DNA of 64,000 bases from an uncultured delta proteobacterium (GTDB taxonomy: Bacteria > Desulfobacterota > Desulfobulbia > Desulfobulbales > JAGXFP01), in contig CAWEAD010000005.1 in assembly GCA_963807225.1 (NCBI GenBank), positions 544,456-608,455 on the forward strand, in the 5' to 3' direction. The stretch's first letter is position 1. Every line of letters begins with the position of its first letter. Positions 8,555 through 18,402 of the stretch are shown here, piece after piece. A program made the translations under genes and the position numbers. The notes below the pieces were generated by a model. It saw nothing but the letters and a program-made list of their open reading frames with translations, did not search any database and was not told the origin of the DNA.

Positions 8555-10801
8555 CTACGAATCCGGCAATCCGGGAAGGTTGCCGCCTAGTCCGCAGCGA
8601 TCCAGCAATCTTTGCCGCAGGGCGGAATGCCTGGTCTGGACCCGATTGTTGGCAATGGCCAGAGCGACCGCCCGGCGGCTGCCGACCACTACCACCAGCC
8701 GCCGTCCTCTGGTCAGGCCGGTATAGAGCAGATTCCGTTGCAGCATGGCGGAGTGGCTGGTATGGAGGGGCATAATCACGCAGGGAAACTCCGACCCTTG
8801 TGACTTGTGGACGGTGATGGCATAGGCCAACTGCAATTCACGGCAATCGGCGGACTCGTAAGTCACCTGATGCCCTTCGAAGTCGACCAGGAACAGATCG
8901 TCTTCGCCGCCTATCCGAGCCACGAATCCGATATCGCCGTTGAAAACCTCTTTGTCGTAGTTGTTGCGGAGCTGCATGACTTTGTCACCGGGGAAAAAGC
9001 CGTTGACCGGCTGCATCCGGGAGGACGTGGCACTGCTGAGCAGTTCCTGCAGCCGCAGGTTGAGATTTTCCATGCCGATCAGACCTTTGCGCATCGGAGT
9101 CAGTACCTGAATGTCGTGGCGGGGGTCAAAGCCATACTTGCGACTCAGGCGGCCCCCGCAGAGACTGAGGATTTCCGCCTCGATCTCCCGGTCGGTTTCC
9201 CGGGGGATATAGTAAAAATCCTTATCTTTCTGATAGTCAGGCAACAATTCAAAGGGTTCTCCACGGTTGACCCTGGCCGCGTTAAGGCTGATCAGACTCC
9301 CGGATCCCTGTCGGAAGATTCGGGAAAGCCTGGCCACCGGCACGATCTTCGCTCCGATCAGGTCCTTTAAGACGTTGCCCGGCCCCACCGGGGGCAGCTG
9401 GTCGGCATCGCCAACCAGTAACAAGGCACTTCCAGGCGACAAAGCCCGGACTAGGGAATTGGCCAGATAGACGTCCAGCATGGAAACTTCGTCGATCACT
9501 ACCAGATCGGCTTCCAGAAAATTTTGGTCGTTCCGCCGGAAGCCGTGTGCGACCGGATCAAACTCCAGGAGTCGATGAATGGTTCTGGCTTCACGACCAG
9601 TTGCCTCACTAAGCCGCTTGGCGGCCCGTCCGGTGGGGGCGGCCAGGCTGATATTTACCCCGCGCTTCTCCAGGAGCAGGATCAAGGCTTTGAGAATAGT
9701 ACTCTTGCCGGTCCCCGGACCGCCGGTGATCACCGCCAGACGGCTGCCTAAGACGGTCTGCAGGGCTTCCTGTTGCTCTTCCGCCAGTTGCAGACCGAGT
9801 TGAACCTGCAGGTCCGGCATTTCCTGCCCGACCAGAACCTCACCCCAGGGGGGCGCCCCCTCCTGTAGCCGTAAAAAGCCTGCGGCAGTCCCGGTTTCGG
9901 CGTAATAGAGCGGAGCCAGATAGATTTTGTCCCAGGAAAGCACCACCTTTTCGTCCGCCACCAGCTGGTTCAGCTCAGCTTCCAAAAGAGCCGGTGGCAT
10001 TCCCAGCAGTCCGGAACTATGACGAATCAGCTCGGTTTGCTCCAGATAGCAATGACCCTGGCCGGCTGCTTCGCCCAGGACAAACAATAACCCGGCCCGA
10101 GCCCGACGAGGATCCATGGTCGGCATTCCCAGGGAGACGGCGATGCGGTCGGCAATTTTAAAACCGATTCCCCAGATGTCTTCGGCCAGCCGGTAAGGGT
10201 TCTCACGCACAATGCGCAAGGCCTCCGGCCCATAAGTACGATAGATTTTAACGGCCTGGGCTGCCGAGATGTCGTGGCCCTGAAGAAAAACCATGATCTG
10301 GTGCAGATCCCGGTGCTCCCGCCAGGCTTGGGCTAGTCGCTCCACCCTTTTGCGGCCCAAACCGGGAACCTCCCGCAGTCTCTCCGGCTCGCCTTCTAGT
10401 ATATCCAAGGTATCAAGTCCGAAGTGGGCGACGATCCGCGCCGCGTAGCTAGGCCCGATGCCTTTAATCAGCCCGGAGCCCAGATATTTTTCGATGCCGT
10501 TGAGGGTATCTGGGCGCACTACCCGATAGGTGTCGACCGCGAACTGTCGGCCATGTCGGGGATCTTGGCGCCACTGCCCGCGAACGGCGACCAAAGATCC
10601 GACCGCGACTCCGGCCAGGGCGCCTACCAAAGTGATCCCTTCCGCAGTACTCTCGTCAGTTTGTAGACGGGCCACAGTGAAGCCGGTCTCAGTGCTCTGG
10701 AAGGTGATCTTATCCAGCACTCCGACCAGTTCGCGGGCGGTAGCCGATTCGTTCGTGTCCCGGCCATTGCCGGTTTTTCGGGAATTTTGGGGGGAGACCA
10801 T
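8555..10801 (-). CDS. recD2: ATP-dependent RecD2-like DNA helicase (SF1B)
   Basis: HHH region (GIGPSYA), Walker A GGPGTGKS, DEVSM, GDADQLPPVGPG, AYAITVHKSQGSEF. Confidence 0.93.
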   Translation of the reverse strand: MVSPQNSRKTGNGRDTNESATARELVGVLDKITFQSTETGFTVARLQTDESTAEGITLVGALAGVAVGSLVAVRGQWRQDPRHGRQFAVDTYRVVRPDTLNGIEKYLGSGLIKGIGPSYAARIVAHFGLDTLDILEGEPERLREVPGLGRKRVERLAQAWREHRDLHQIMVFLQGHDISAAQAVKIYRTYGPEALRIVRENPYRLAEDIWGIGFKIADRIAVSLGMPTMDPRRARAGLLFVLGEAAGQGHCYLEQTELIRHSSGLLGMPPALLEAELNQLVADEKVVLSWDKIYLAPLYYAETGTAAGFLRLQEGAPPWGEVLVGQEMPDLQVQLGLQLAEEQQEALQTVLGSRLAVITGGPGTGKSTILKALILLLEKRGVNISLAAPTGRAAKRLSEATGREARTIHRLLEFDPVAHGFRRNDQNFLEADLVVIDEVSMLDVYLANSLVRALSPGSALLLVGDADQLPPVGPGNVLKDLIGAKIVPVARLSRIFRQGSGSLISLNAARVNRGEPFELLPDYQKDKDFYYIPRETDREIEAEILSLCGGRLSRKYGFDPRHDIQVLTPMRKGLIGMENLNLRLQELLSSATSSRMQPVNGFFPGDKVMQLRNNYDKEVFNGDIGFVARIGGEDDLFLVDFEGHQVTYESADCRELQLAYAITVHKSQGSEFPCVIMPLHTSHSAMLQRNLLYTGLTRGRRLVVVVGSRRAVALAIANNRVQTRHSALRQRLLDRCGLGGNLPGLPDS

Positions 10802-10870
10802 CCGCTGATTATAAAAAGATCAAACGGAAAACCACACTAAAAAGATAGGAGAACAGAGGGAACAAAGTAT

Positions 10871-11059
10871 TCAACAACCGTGCTTGATCAGAAAATCCCG
10901 GACCATCTCATCCATTATTTCCAACTGGCTACGCCCGGTTTCGTTGATGATGAGCCAGGTGCAACGCTGATAAGCCCGATAAAGATCCGCCGGGATCTGT
11001 ATGGTTAAGTAATGCCGTTCAGCCTCAGTCTTTTCGGTCTCTCCCTTTCTATCTGACAT
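10871..11059 (-). CDS. Small protein, putative ribbon-helix-helix DNA-binding
   Basis: Beta-strand LTIQIP followed by two predicted helices separated by G-R-S; fills the gap between hisA and recD2 on the same strand. Confidence 0.55.
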   Translation of the reverse strand: MSDRKGETEKTEAERHYLTIQIPADLYRAYQRCTWLIINETGRSQLEIMDEMVRDFLIKHGC

Positions 11060-11111
11060 GCGATCTAGCCAATCGTCGAACCATTATAAGGTAAAGAGAC
11101 GAGACTTCTTT

Positions 11112-11876
11112 TCATGCCCCGGCACAAAAGCGCACCGCTTCTCGATAGGTGATGGTGGTCCCGCCGAAGATATCGAGGGCGCTACCGACCGTGACATCCA
11201 GCCGGTTACGGCCCAGTTCCTTGACCAGCTTCAGGTCGTTGAGATCTCGAACCCCGCCGGCATAAGTTGTCGGTAGTGGCGTCCAGTCGGCCAGATCGGC
11301 GACCAGATCTTCGGCCACCCCGGCGCACTTGCCTTCAACATCAGCGGCGTGGATCAGAAATTCGCTACAGAAATCGGCGAAGTAGGCCAGGGACTCGCGG
11401 TTGATCTCCACTCCGGTGAACTTCTGCCAGCGATCAGTAACCACGAAGTAGCGTCCTTCCCGCTTCCGGCAGCTGAGATCGATAACCAGCCGTTCACGAC
11501 CCACCAACTGCCGCAACTCAAGCAAGCGATCTTCCAGAACCTGTCCGTCCCGAAAGACATAGGAGGTGACTATTACCGCCGCCGCCCCAAGATCAAGCCA
11601 TTTGCCGGCATTGGCCCCGGTTATGCCGCCGCCCAGCTGCAACCCACCTGGCCAGGCGGCCAAAGCCTCGGCCGCCGCCGCTTCATTACCGAGCCCCAAC
11701 ATGATCACATGCCCACCGGTGAGTCCGTCGCGCCGGTACATCTCGGCGTAATGTCCCGGAGGCAGCTCGGAGGCGAAGTTGGTGCGCAAAGCCGCCGCGT
11801 CGCCATCGGTCAGGGTGGAGCCGACAATCTGCTTGACCCGCCCCTCGTGCAGATCGATACATGGTCTGAATTTCAT
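11112..11876 (-). CDS. hisA: ProFAR isomerase, His6 (eukaryote-like) type
   Basis: MKFRPCIDLHEGRVKQIVG, GGHVIMLG, LQLGGGI, EFLIHAADVEG, TVGSALDIFGG. Confidence 0.9.
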   Translation of the reverse strand: MKFRPCIDLHEGRVKQIVGSTLTDGDAAALRTNFASELPPGHYAEMYRRDGLTGGHVIMLGLGNEAAAAEALAAWPGGLQLGGGITGANAGKWLDLGAAAVIVTSYVFRDGQVLEDRLLELRQLVGRERLVIDLSCRKREGRYFVVTDRWQKFTGVEINRESLAYFADFCSEFLIHAADVEGKCAGVAEDLVADLADWTPLPTTYAGGVRDLNDLKLVKELGRNRLDVTVGSALDIFGGTTITYREAVRFCAGA

Positions 11877-11884
11877 GGCACCTC

Positions 11885-11922
11885 AAAAAAAATGGCGGAA
11901 AGACCCCGTGCCTTTCCGCCAT
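11885..11922 (-). terminator. Terminator-like hairpin directly upstream of the hisA RBS
   Basis: Perfect 11-bp stem (atggcggaaag / ctttccgccat) plus U-tract, followed immediately by GAGGT-GCC-ATG. Confidence 0.7.
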
Positions 11923-11965
11923 CACTAAAGATATTGCCAGAAAAGACCCGGCGTTTCGTGCTACT

Positions 11966-12676
11966 TCAGGCTTTCTTCACCAGGTAGGTGGACGGATCGA
12001 GGGCCAGGGCCTTGCCGGGTTTGACGCAACCGGTGCCGTCCTTGACCACGTTAAGTGAAAGTATCTGGCCATCACCTTCGGGCTGAACCAAAACCACGGT
12101 ATCAAAAAGATCATCAACCTCGTGGCAGGGCGCCGGCACTCCGGCCGCGCTCACCCGGGTATCTTCCCGGTGAATCAGGGCTGAAAACCAGACCTGCAGA
12201 TCCATGACTTCCATCATCTCCCGAATATCGGCCACGGCCTGGCGCCCTTCGCCGGCAAAGTCAAAGCCGTCGATAACCAAACAGGCCGGGCGAAATACAT
12301 TCTGATAAAGCAGATCGTTAAGGCGTTCCTCCAGTTTGGGTCTGGTGAACCCGGCCTCCTTGAAGGTCATAATCAAGCGGTTGCGCATTACCGCCTCCCG
12401 GATCTCCTCCGGGGCATCCAATTTGGCTCCGGCCGTGATATCGTTCAGGATGTCGTCGTACCAGACCCGAGTTTTATCCAGACTGGCCCCGACGCTGACG
12501 TGTAATACCTGATGGCCGCGGAGGATATTGTCCAGGGCAATCTGCACCAGGATGGCGGTCTTGCCTAGTCCGGCCCGGGCCATGACCAACCCCATCCGCT
12601 GATTGACCGGCTTTCCGGTTCCGTCCTGGGCAAAAACACGCAACGGGTTGTTTTCGATCAAATCCTCTTTCTGCAT
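11966..12676 (-). CDS. RecA/KaiC-like P-loop ATPase, function unknown
   Basis: Walker A ARAGLGKT and Walker B-like VIDG. Start placed at ATG 12676 behind a GGAG RBS. Confidence 0.7.
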   Translation of the reverse strand: MQKEDLIENNPLRVFAQDGTGKPVNQRMGLVMARAGLGKTAILVQIALDNILRGHQVLHVSVGASLDKTRVWYDDILNDITAGAKLDAPEEIREAVMRNRLIMTFKEAGFTRPKLEERLNDLLYQNVFRPACLVIDGFDFAGEGRQAVADIREMMEVMDLQVWFSALIHREDTRVSAAGVPAPCHEVDDLFDTVVLVQPEGDGQILSLNVVKDGTGCVKPGKALALDPSTYLVKKA

Positions 12677-12790
12677 TCCTTGTCTCCTGTGATGACCCAA
12701 AGTTGCCGGCCGGCGACACTGTCGCCCGCCCCCGGACCAGCTGCTGGGAAAACTTTACAGAATTCCCGGCCGGCCCCGCAACAGGTTATT

Positions 12791-14866
12791 TCATTTCTTC
12801 TTGAGCTTAAGTCGCTCCTGAATTACCGTCTCGGCAACATTTTTGGGCACCTGGCGATAAGCGGCGAACTCCATGGTGAATTCGGCCTTGCCCTGGGTCA
12901 GGGAACGAAGCACCGTCGAGTAGCCGAACATCTCGGAGAGCGGTACCTCGGCGTCAACCACCGTATAGTTGCCCTCTTCGGAGGTTCCGACAATCATGCC
13001 TCGCCGCTGATTCAGGCTGCCCATGATCGCCCCTTGGAACTCAGTGGGCCCCTCGACGGAAACCTTCATAATCGGCTCCATCAGCACCGGGTTAGCCTTC
13101 ATGTAGCCCTGGCGGAAGGCGCCGATGGCGGCAAGCTGAAAAGCTACGTCGGAAGAGTCGACCGCATGAGAGGCACCATCGGTGATGGTTACCCGTACCC
13201 CGGTGATCGGTGCCTCAGTCAAGGCTCCCTTGGGCATGCTTTTCTGGAAGCCCTTATCGCAAGAAGAGATGAATTCCCGGGGGATGGACCCGCCGACAAT
13301 GGAATCGACAAACTCGTAATCGCCCTCGAACGGTTCCAGGAAACCGGCCACCCGGCCGTACTGACCGGAACCGCCGGTCTGCTTTTTGTGGGTGTAATCG
13401 AAGTCGGCCCGCTGGGTAATGGTCTCGCGATAAGCAACCTGGGGTGCACCAACCTTCAGTTCAGCCCCGTATTCCCTTTTCATCCGCTCGATGTAAACGT
13501 CGAGATGCAACTCGCCCATCCCGGAGATGATAGTCTCGCCGGTCTCCTCATCCATGAAGGTTTTGAAGGTCGGATCTTCTTTAGTGAAGCGATTCAGGGC
13601 CTTGGACATGTTGCCCTGGGCCTTGTTGTCCACCGGCACCACGGCCAGGGAGATGACCGGGGCGGGAATGTGCATGGAACTCATGGAATAGTTCAGCTTG
13701 CCGTCAGTGAAGGTATCACCGGAGGCGCAGTCGATTCCGAACAGGGCAACAATATCGCCGGAACCAGAAGCGTCGATTTCTTCCATTTCGTCGGCATGCA
13801 TCCGCACCAGGCGGCCCACCTTGACCTTCTTGCCGGTCCGGGTATTAATAATGGTATCACCCTTCTTGATCGTGCCCTGATAGGTCCGGATATAGGTGAG
13901 CTGACCGTAACGGCCGTCCTCCAACTTGAAGGCCAGGGCCACCAGAGGATCTTCCGGCTTATTGGAAACCTGAACCTCGGCCTCGTTGTTATTGAGGTCA
14001 AGGGCGATATTCTTGATGTCGTTAGGGCAGGGCAGATAATCGTTGACTGCGTCGAGCAGCAGTTGCACCCCCTTATTTTTATAGGCCGAGCCGACCATCA
14101 CCGGAGTCAGTTCCAGCGCCAGAGTGCCTTTGCGGATGGCGGTGCGAATCATTTCCACAGTGGGGGTCCCTTCCAGAACGGCCTCCATCAATTCATCGGA
14201 GAACATCGAGGCTGCATCCAGCAACTGCTCGCGCAGGACATCGGCCTCTTCCCGGTAAGCGGCCGGGATTTCTTCTTCCCTGATTTTCTCACCGTTTTCG
14301 CCATCGAAGTAGACGGCCTTCATGGTTACCAGATCAATGATCCCCTTCATATCGGCCTCCAGGCCGATTGGCAAATGCACGGCCACCGCGTTAAGCTGAA
14401 GCTTGTCGCGGAGTTGGCCGATGACCCGGTTGGGATTGGCCCCGGTCCGGTCACATTTATTGATGAAGGCGATACGGGGAACATTGTAGCGGGTCATCTG
14501 TCGGTTGACCGTGATGGACTGAGACTGCACCCCACCCACCGAGCAGAGGATCAGCACCGCGCCGTCCAATACTCGTAAAGCCCGCTCCACCTCAATGGTG
14601 AAGTCGACGTGGCCCGGCGTATCGATAATGTTGATCGGGTGATCTTTCCAGGTGCAAAAGGTGGCAGCGGAACAGATGGTGATACCGCGCTCTCTTTCCA
14701 GTTCCATCGAGTCCATCTTGGCGCCGACGCCGTCCTTGCCGCGCACCTCGTGAATCGCATGAATCCTCTGGGTGTAAAAAAGGATGCGCTCAGTCAGAGT
14801 GGTCTTGCCCGAGTCGATATGGGCGCTGATCCCGATGTTCCTTACATTTTCCAGACCGTTACTCAT
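12791..14866 (-). CDS. fusA: Elongation factor G (stand-alone, spirochete/delta-type EF-G1-like)
   Basis: [44 protein letters not shown]. Confidence 0.96.
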   Translation of the reverse strand: MSNGLENVRNIGISAHIDSGKTTLTERILFYTQRIHAIHEVRGKDGVGAKMDSMELERERGITICSAATFCTWKDHPINIIDTPGHVDFTIEVERALRVLDGAVLILCSVGGVQSQSITVNRQMTRYNVPRIAFINKCDRTGANPNRVIGQLRDKLQLNAVAVHLPIGLEADMKGIIDLVTMKAVYFDGENGEKIREEEIPAAYREEADVLREQLLDAASMFSDELMEAVLEGTPTVEMIRTAIRKGTLALELTPVMVGSAYKNKGVQLLLDAVNDYLPCPNDIKNIALDLNNNEAEVQVSNKPEDPLVALAFKLEDGRYGQLTYIRTYQGTIKKGDTIINTRTGKKVKVGRLVRMHADEMEEIDASGSGDIVALFGIDCASGDTFTDGKLNYSMSSMHIPAPVISLAVVPVDNKAQGNMSKALNRFTKEDPTFKTFMDEETGETIISGMGELHLDVYIERMKREYGAELKVGAPQVAYRETITQRADFDYTHKKQTGGSGQYGRVAGFLEPFEGDYEFVDSIVGGSIPREFISSCDKGFQKSMPKGALTEAPITGVRVTITDGASHAVDSSDVAFQLAAIGAFRQGYMKANPVLMEPIMKVSVEGPTEFQGAIMGSLNQRRGMIVGTSEEGNYTVVDAEVPLSEMFGYSTVLRSLTQGKAEFTMEFAAYRQVPKNVAETVIQERLKLKKK

Positions 14867-14926
14867 TGTTACAACCTCAAGAATTACTGAATTTCAGGCG
14901 GCCCTGGCCGCTTCAGCCGCATTGCC

Positions 14927-14953
14927 AAATAAAACAGCCCCAAAGCGGGGCTG
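14927..14953 (-). terminator. Terminator-like hairpin inside the fusA 5' leader
   Basis: cagcccc-gcttt-ggggctg followed by ttttattt on the minus strand, about 60 nt before the fusA ATG. Confidence 0.5.
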
Positions 14954-15025
14954 CAGACAGAACCATCACCGAAAAACGGCCGCACGGACAAGCAGTTAAG
15001 CGGGGGCAGTTTCGAAAGTCGGGTA

Positions 15026-15054
15026 CTATTAACCGTAAGCCCTCAGGCTGTCAA
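15026..15054 (-). promoter_or_regulatory. Candidate sigma70 promoter of fusA
   Basis: TTGACA, 17-nt spacer, TAATAG on the minus strand. The -10 box is imperfect. Confidence 0.45.
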
Positions 15055-15240
15055 GGAAAAATCACTCCCGCACCGACAAAAAACCCCGCCTGTGACTTCC
15101 GGAACAGAAGCGCACGAACGGGGTCACAAAGCAAGTTGAAGCTTGGTAGGGAAGATTCGCCAGGTAGATTTCAGACTGAACGGCTGCCCCGGACCGGCCA
15201 AGCTAATTAGCAAGTCACCAACAATAAAGCACGGGTGCTT

Positions 15241-15795
15241 TCAGGGTTTACCAAATGAATCCTTAAAGAGTGTTTCGATGGCCCGACGCCCCTCCTCGGT
15301 CAGGTTCCTGGTTCCGGAACCGACGAAGGTTTCGTGCTCGATCCGCGGGGTCTCCTCAACCCAGGAACCATTGCGCCAGGTGAACCATCCTTTGCGGACC
15401 TGGCCATAAACATGAACCGGCCGGTTGAACAGTTTGGCCAACTCAACAGCCCAGCCAGTGCCACCTTTGACCGTATTGTCATCCTGGATAGTGCCGACCA
15501 CGAAGATCTGGTGGCCGTTGTTGACCATATGGAAGATGGTCTGCAGAACCTTGCGAATTTTCTCGGACTCGTAATAGCTGCGCCTCATCATCTTGGAGGC
15601 CAGTTCCATACTGATGTCGCCACGCCGCAATTCCTCCTCGGAGAGCATCACCACGTTACGGTTCCGGAAAGGCACCCGACCGTCAAAGGAGAAATTGACT
15701 TCCTTGATCCCCCATTTCTCGGCCATTTCACCGAAATAACCCTCGGCGCCCTGCAAGCCGCCACTATAGAGAATACAATTCTTCCGCTCGACCAT
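15241..15795 (-). CDS. SLOG-superfamily (YpsA/DprA-like Rossmann) hypothetical protein
   Basis: ILYSGGLQGAE and GGTGWAVELAKLFNRPV motifs. The start could be as far upstream as 15840. Confidence 0.6.
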   Translation of the reverse strand: MVERKNCILYSGGLQGAEGYFGEMAEKWGIKEVNFSFDGRVPFRNRNVVMLSEEELRRGDISMELASKMMRRSYYESEKIRKVLQTIFHMVNNGHQIFVVGTIQDDNTVKGGTGWAVELAKLFNRPVHVYGQVRKGWFTWRNGSWVEETPRIEHETFVGSGTRNLTEEGRRAIETLFKDSFGKP

Positions 15796-16023
15796 CTTCA
15801 CCACCCGTGACTGTAGGTTCGTCTGCTTAACCTGAGGCAATTACGAATTTAATATATACCCCACACCTATAAAGCACAACCGGCCAGGGAAAAAACCGCG
15901 GATGTTATTTAACCTGATCGCCAGATCTTGACAACACTATTCACCCGTTATAAAAGAACAATCAGTAAGAGTTATCACCACTATTCGGGGTAGTTTCCGG
16001 TCAATTTTCAGAAGGAGATCACG

Positions 16024-16173
16024 ATGGCTGAATTTAAATGCAAGAAGTGCGGCGCCGCGGTGGAATGCCGCTGTAAACCGAAAAAATGCCAGGCTTGCGG
16101 CGAGGCCGATGCGATGATCAAGCAGGAGGCCGAAAAAGCTTCCGGTTGCGGCTGCCGTTGCGGTAAGAAATAA
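16024..16173 (+). CDS. 49-aa Cys-rich rubredoxin-like small protein (RCKP motif); not in the ORF track
   Basis: RBS AAGGAG 7 nt upstream. Translates as MAEFKCKKCGAAVECRCKPKKCQACGEADAMIKQEAEKASGCGCRCGKK and has its own terminator. Confidence 0.85.
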   Translation: MAEFKCKKCGAAVECRCKPKKCQACGEADAMIKQEAEKASGCGCRCGKK

Positions 16174-16194
16174 ACTGAGAGCCGGACTTGCTCA

Positions 16195-16229
16195 AACCCC
16201 GGAGGCCAAACCTCCGGGGTTATTTTTTT
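16195..16229 (+). terminator. Intrinsic terminator after the small Cys-rich ORF
   Basis: 11-bp stem (aaccccggagg / cctccggggtt) followed by a T7 tract. Confidence 0.85.
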
Positions 16230-16369
16230 GTCCGGTGGTTGACTGACGTCCAACCGGGAACGGAATTCCTTTACAATTTCAGTCGGAAAATGCGATAAAT
16301 ATTTATTTGGCCGGTCGTCGCCGACCTGCCGCCAGTAAGTCACCGGTTGATTTACCCCGGGGAGGCTGA

Positions 16370-18400
16370 ATGCGCAACATTCTCACCACCTGCGTCTATT
16401 GTGGCTGTGGCTGCGGGCTTTACCTCAAAGAAGTCCGCGGCCGGGTCACCGGCTCCTATCCCAGCCGCAACCATCCGGTTTCCCGGGGCAACCTCTGCGT
16501 CAAGGGCTGGCATCTGCATGAGTTCATCCACTCGCCCGACCGCCTCACCACACCCCTGATCCGCAAAAAAGGTCGTCTTACTCAAGCCTCCTGGGATGAA
16601 GCCCTTGGGCTGACTGCTCGGGAGCTGGGTCGGCTACGCGACGAACACGGCGGCGACAGCTTGGCGGTGATGGCCTCGGCCAAGTGCACCAACGAAGAAA
16701 ATTACCTGCTGCAAAAGTTCACCCGGGCGGTTCTCCGGACCAACAATATCGACCACTGCGCCCGCCTCTGACACGCCCCGACCGTGGCAGGTCTTGCCAC
16801 CACCTTCGGCAGCGGCGCCATGACCAACTCGATCAACGAAATCGAACGGGCCGAAGTAATCCTGGTTTCCGGTTCCAACACCACCGAGGCCCACCCTCAG
16901 ATTGCCCGCCGTATGCTGGACGCCGTGGACCGCGGCGCCAAACTGATCGTCATCGACCCGCGCCGCACTCCACTGGCAACCATGGCCCACCTGCACCTGG
17001 CCCTGCGCCCCGGCACCGACATACCTCTCCTGAACGGGATGATGAAGGTGATCATCGACGAAAACCTGGCTGACGATCTCTTCATCGAGATGCGCACCGA
17101 AAACTATCACGCCCTGCGCGACCTGCTCAACCGACTCGATTTGGAGGAGGTGGCGGCGATCACCGGCGTCAGTCTGAGCCTGATCCGCCAGGCCGCTCAG
17201 CTATATGCCAGAGCCCAGAAGGCGGTGATCTGCTACTGCCTGGGCATCACCCAGCACGTCTGCGGCACCGACAACGTCCAGACCATCGCCAACCTGGCCA
17301 TGCTCACCGGCCACGTGGAAAAGGAAAATACCGGGGTCGATCCCCTGCGCGGCCAGAACAACGTCCAGGGCGCCTGCGACATGGGGGCACTGCCCAACGT
17401 CTTTCCCAGTTACCAGCAGGTGGACAACCCCGAATATCAGAAAAAGTTCGAACGGGCTTGGGGGGTCAAGCTTCCTGCCAAACCGGGGATACGGCTGGTT
17501 GGCATGACCCACGGGGAACCTGGCGTGACCTTGCGAGGCATGTATATCATGGGCGAAAATCCCATGCTCAGCGACCCGGTCCTGGAGCGGGTGCAAGAGA
17601 GCTTAAAGAATCTGGAGTTCCTGGCGGTAGCCGATCTCTTCCTGACCGAAACCGCGCAGCTCGCCGACGTGGTCTTCCCGGCCGCCACCTTCGCCGAGAA
17701 AACCGGCACCTTCACCAACTCCGAGCGGCGGGTGCAGATGGTCCGCCAGGCCATTCCGGTCCAGCCGGACTGTCGAACCGACGGTGCGATCATCATGGAA
17801 CTCTCTCGGCGCCTCGGTTACGAAATGGACTACGATTCCCCGGCCGAGATCATGGAGGAAATCGCCCTCCTTGCCCCCATCTATGGCGGGATGCATCACG
17901 ACCGTCTGGAGGCGGGCTGGGGTATGCAGTGGCCCTGCTGGGACCGGCAGCATCCCGGCACCCCATTTCTGCACAAATATTACTTCACCCGGGGCAAGGG
18001 GTGCTTTATCCCGGCCGGGCACATCTCTCCCGCCGAAGTCCCGGACGATGAGTATCCCCTGCTATTGATGACCGGGCGTATCTATCACCAGTACCATACC
18101 GGGACCATGACCCGACGCAGCCACACCCTGCACCGGGAGAATCCCGAAGCACTACTCCAGCTCAATCCGGTCGACGCGGACCGGTTCCAGGTCGGCAACG
18201 GCGAGACCGTTCACCTCGCCTCCCGCCGCGGAACGATCGAGGTCAAGGCCGAAATCTCCGAAGCGGTGTCAGCCGGTACGGTTTACACCACTTTCCACTT
18301 CCCGGAGGCGCCGATCAACCTGCTGACCATCGGCGCCAAGGACGAAAAGGCCGGCTGCCCTGAGTACAAGGTCTGTGCGGTCCGCATCGACAAGGTTTGA
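16370..18400 (+). CDS. fdhF: Selenocysteine-containing cytoplasmic formate dehydrogenase alpha subunit (Mo/W-bisPGD), 676 aa, Sec134
   Basis: RBS GGAGG; CVYCGCGC...C [4Fe-4S] motif; IDHCARL-(TGA 16769-16771)-HAPTV in frame with the downstream 538-aa ORF; RGQNNVQGACDMG; no Tat signal. Confidence 0.93.
16772..16800 (+). promoter_or_regulatory. Bacterial SECIS element
   Basis: Stem GTGGCA / TGCCAC with loop GGTCT starts 12 nt after the UGA and closely resembles the E. coli fdhF SECIS. Confidence 0.85.
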
Positions 18401-18402
18401 CC

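Noticed and set aside
12680-14578. 632-aa plus-strand ORF opposite fusA (likewise 20846-22198, 32896-34929, 45317-46573 and many shorter ones)
   Set aside because: These are antisense shadows of well-supported genes in GC-rich DNA, with no recognisable motifs or RBS.
14990-15030. Cobalamin-riboswitch-like word ACTGCCCCCGC in the fusA leader (and CCCCTAAACTGTAAG near 24035)
   Set aside because: The upstream GGGAA..GGTG.AAnTCC core is missing in both places.
15928-15954. Promoter TTGACA...TATAAA for the small Cys-rich gene
   Set aside because: The spacer is only 15 nt; plausible but not supportable.
16370-16771. Separate 133-aa gene or FDH pseudogene, as implied by the ORF track
   Set aside because: The stop is an in-frame UGA at the catalytic position with a SECIS, so it is treated as one selenoprotein.
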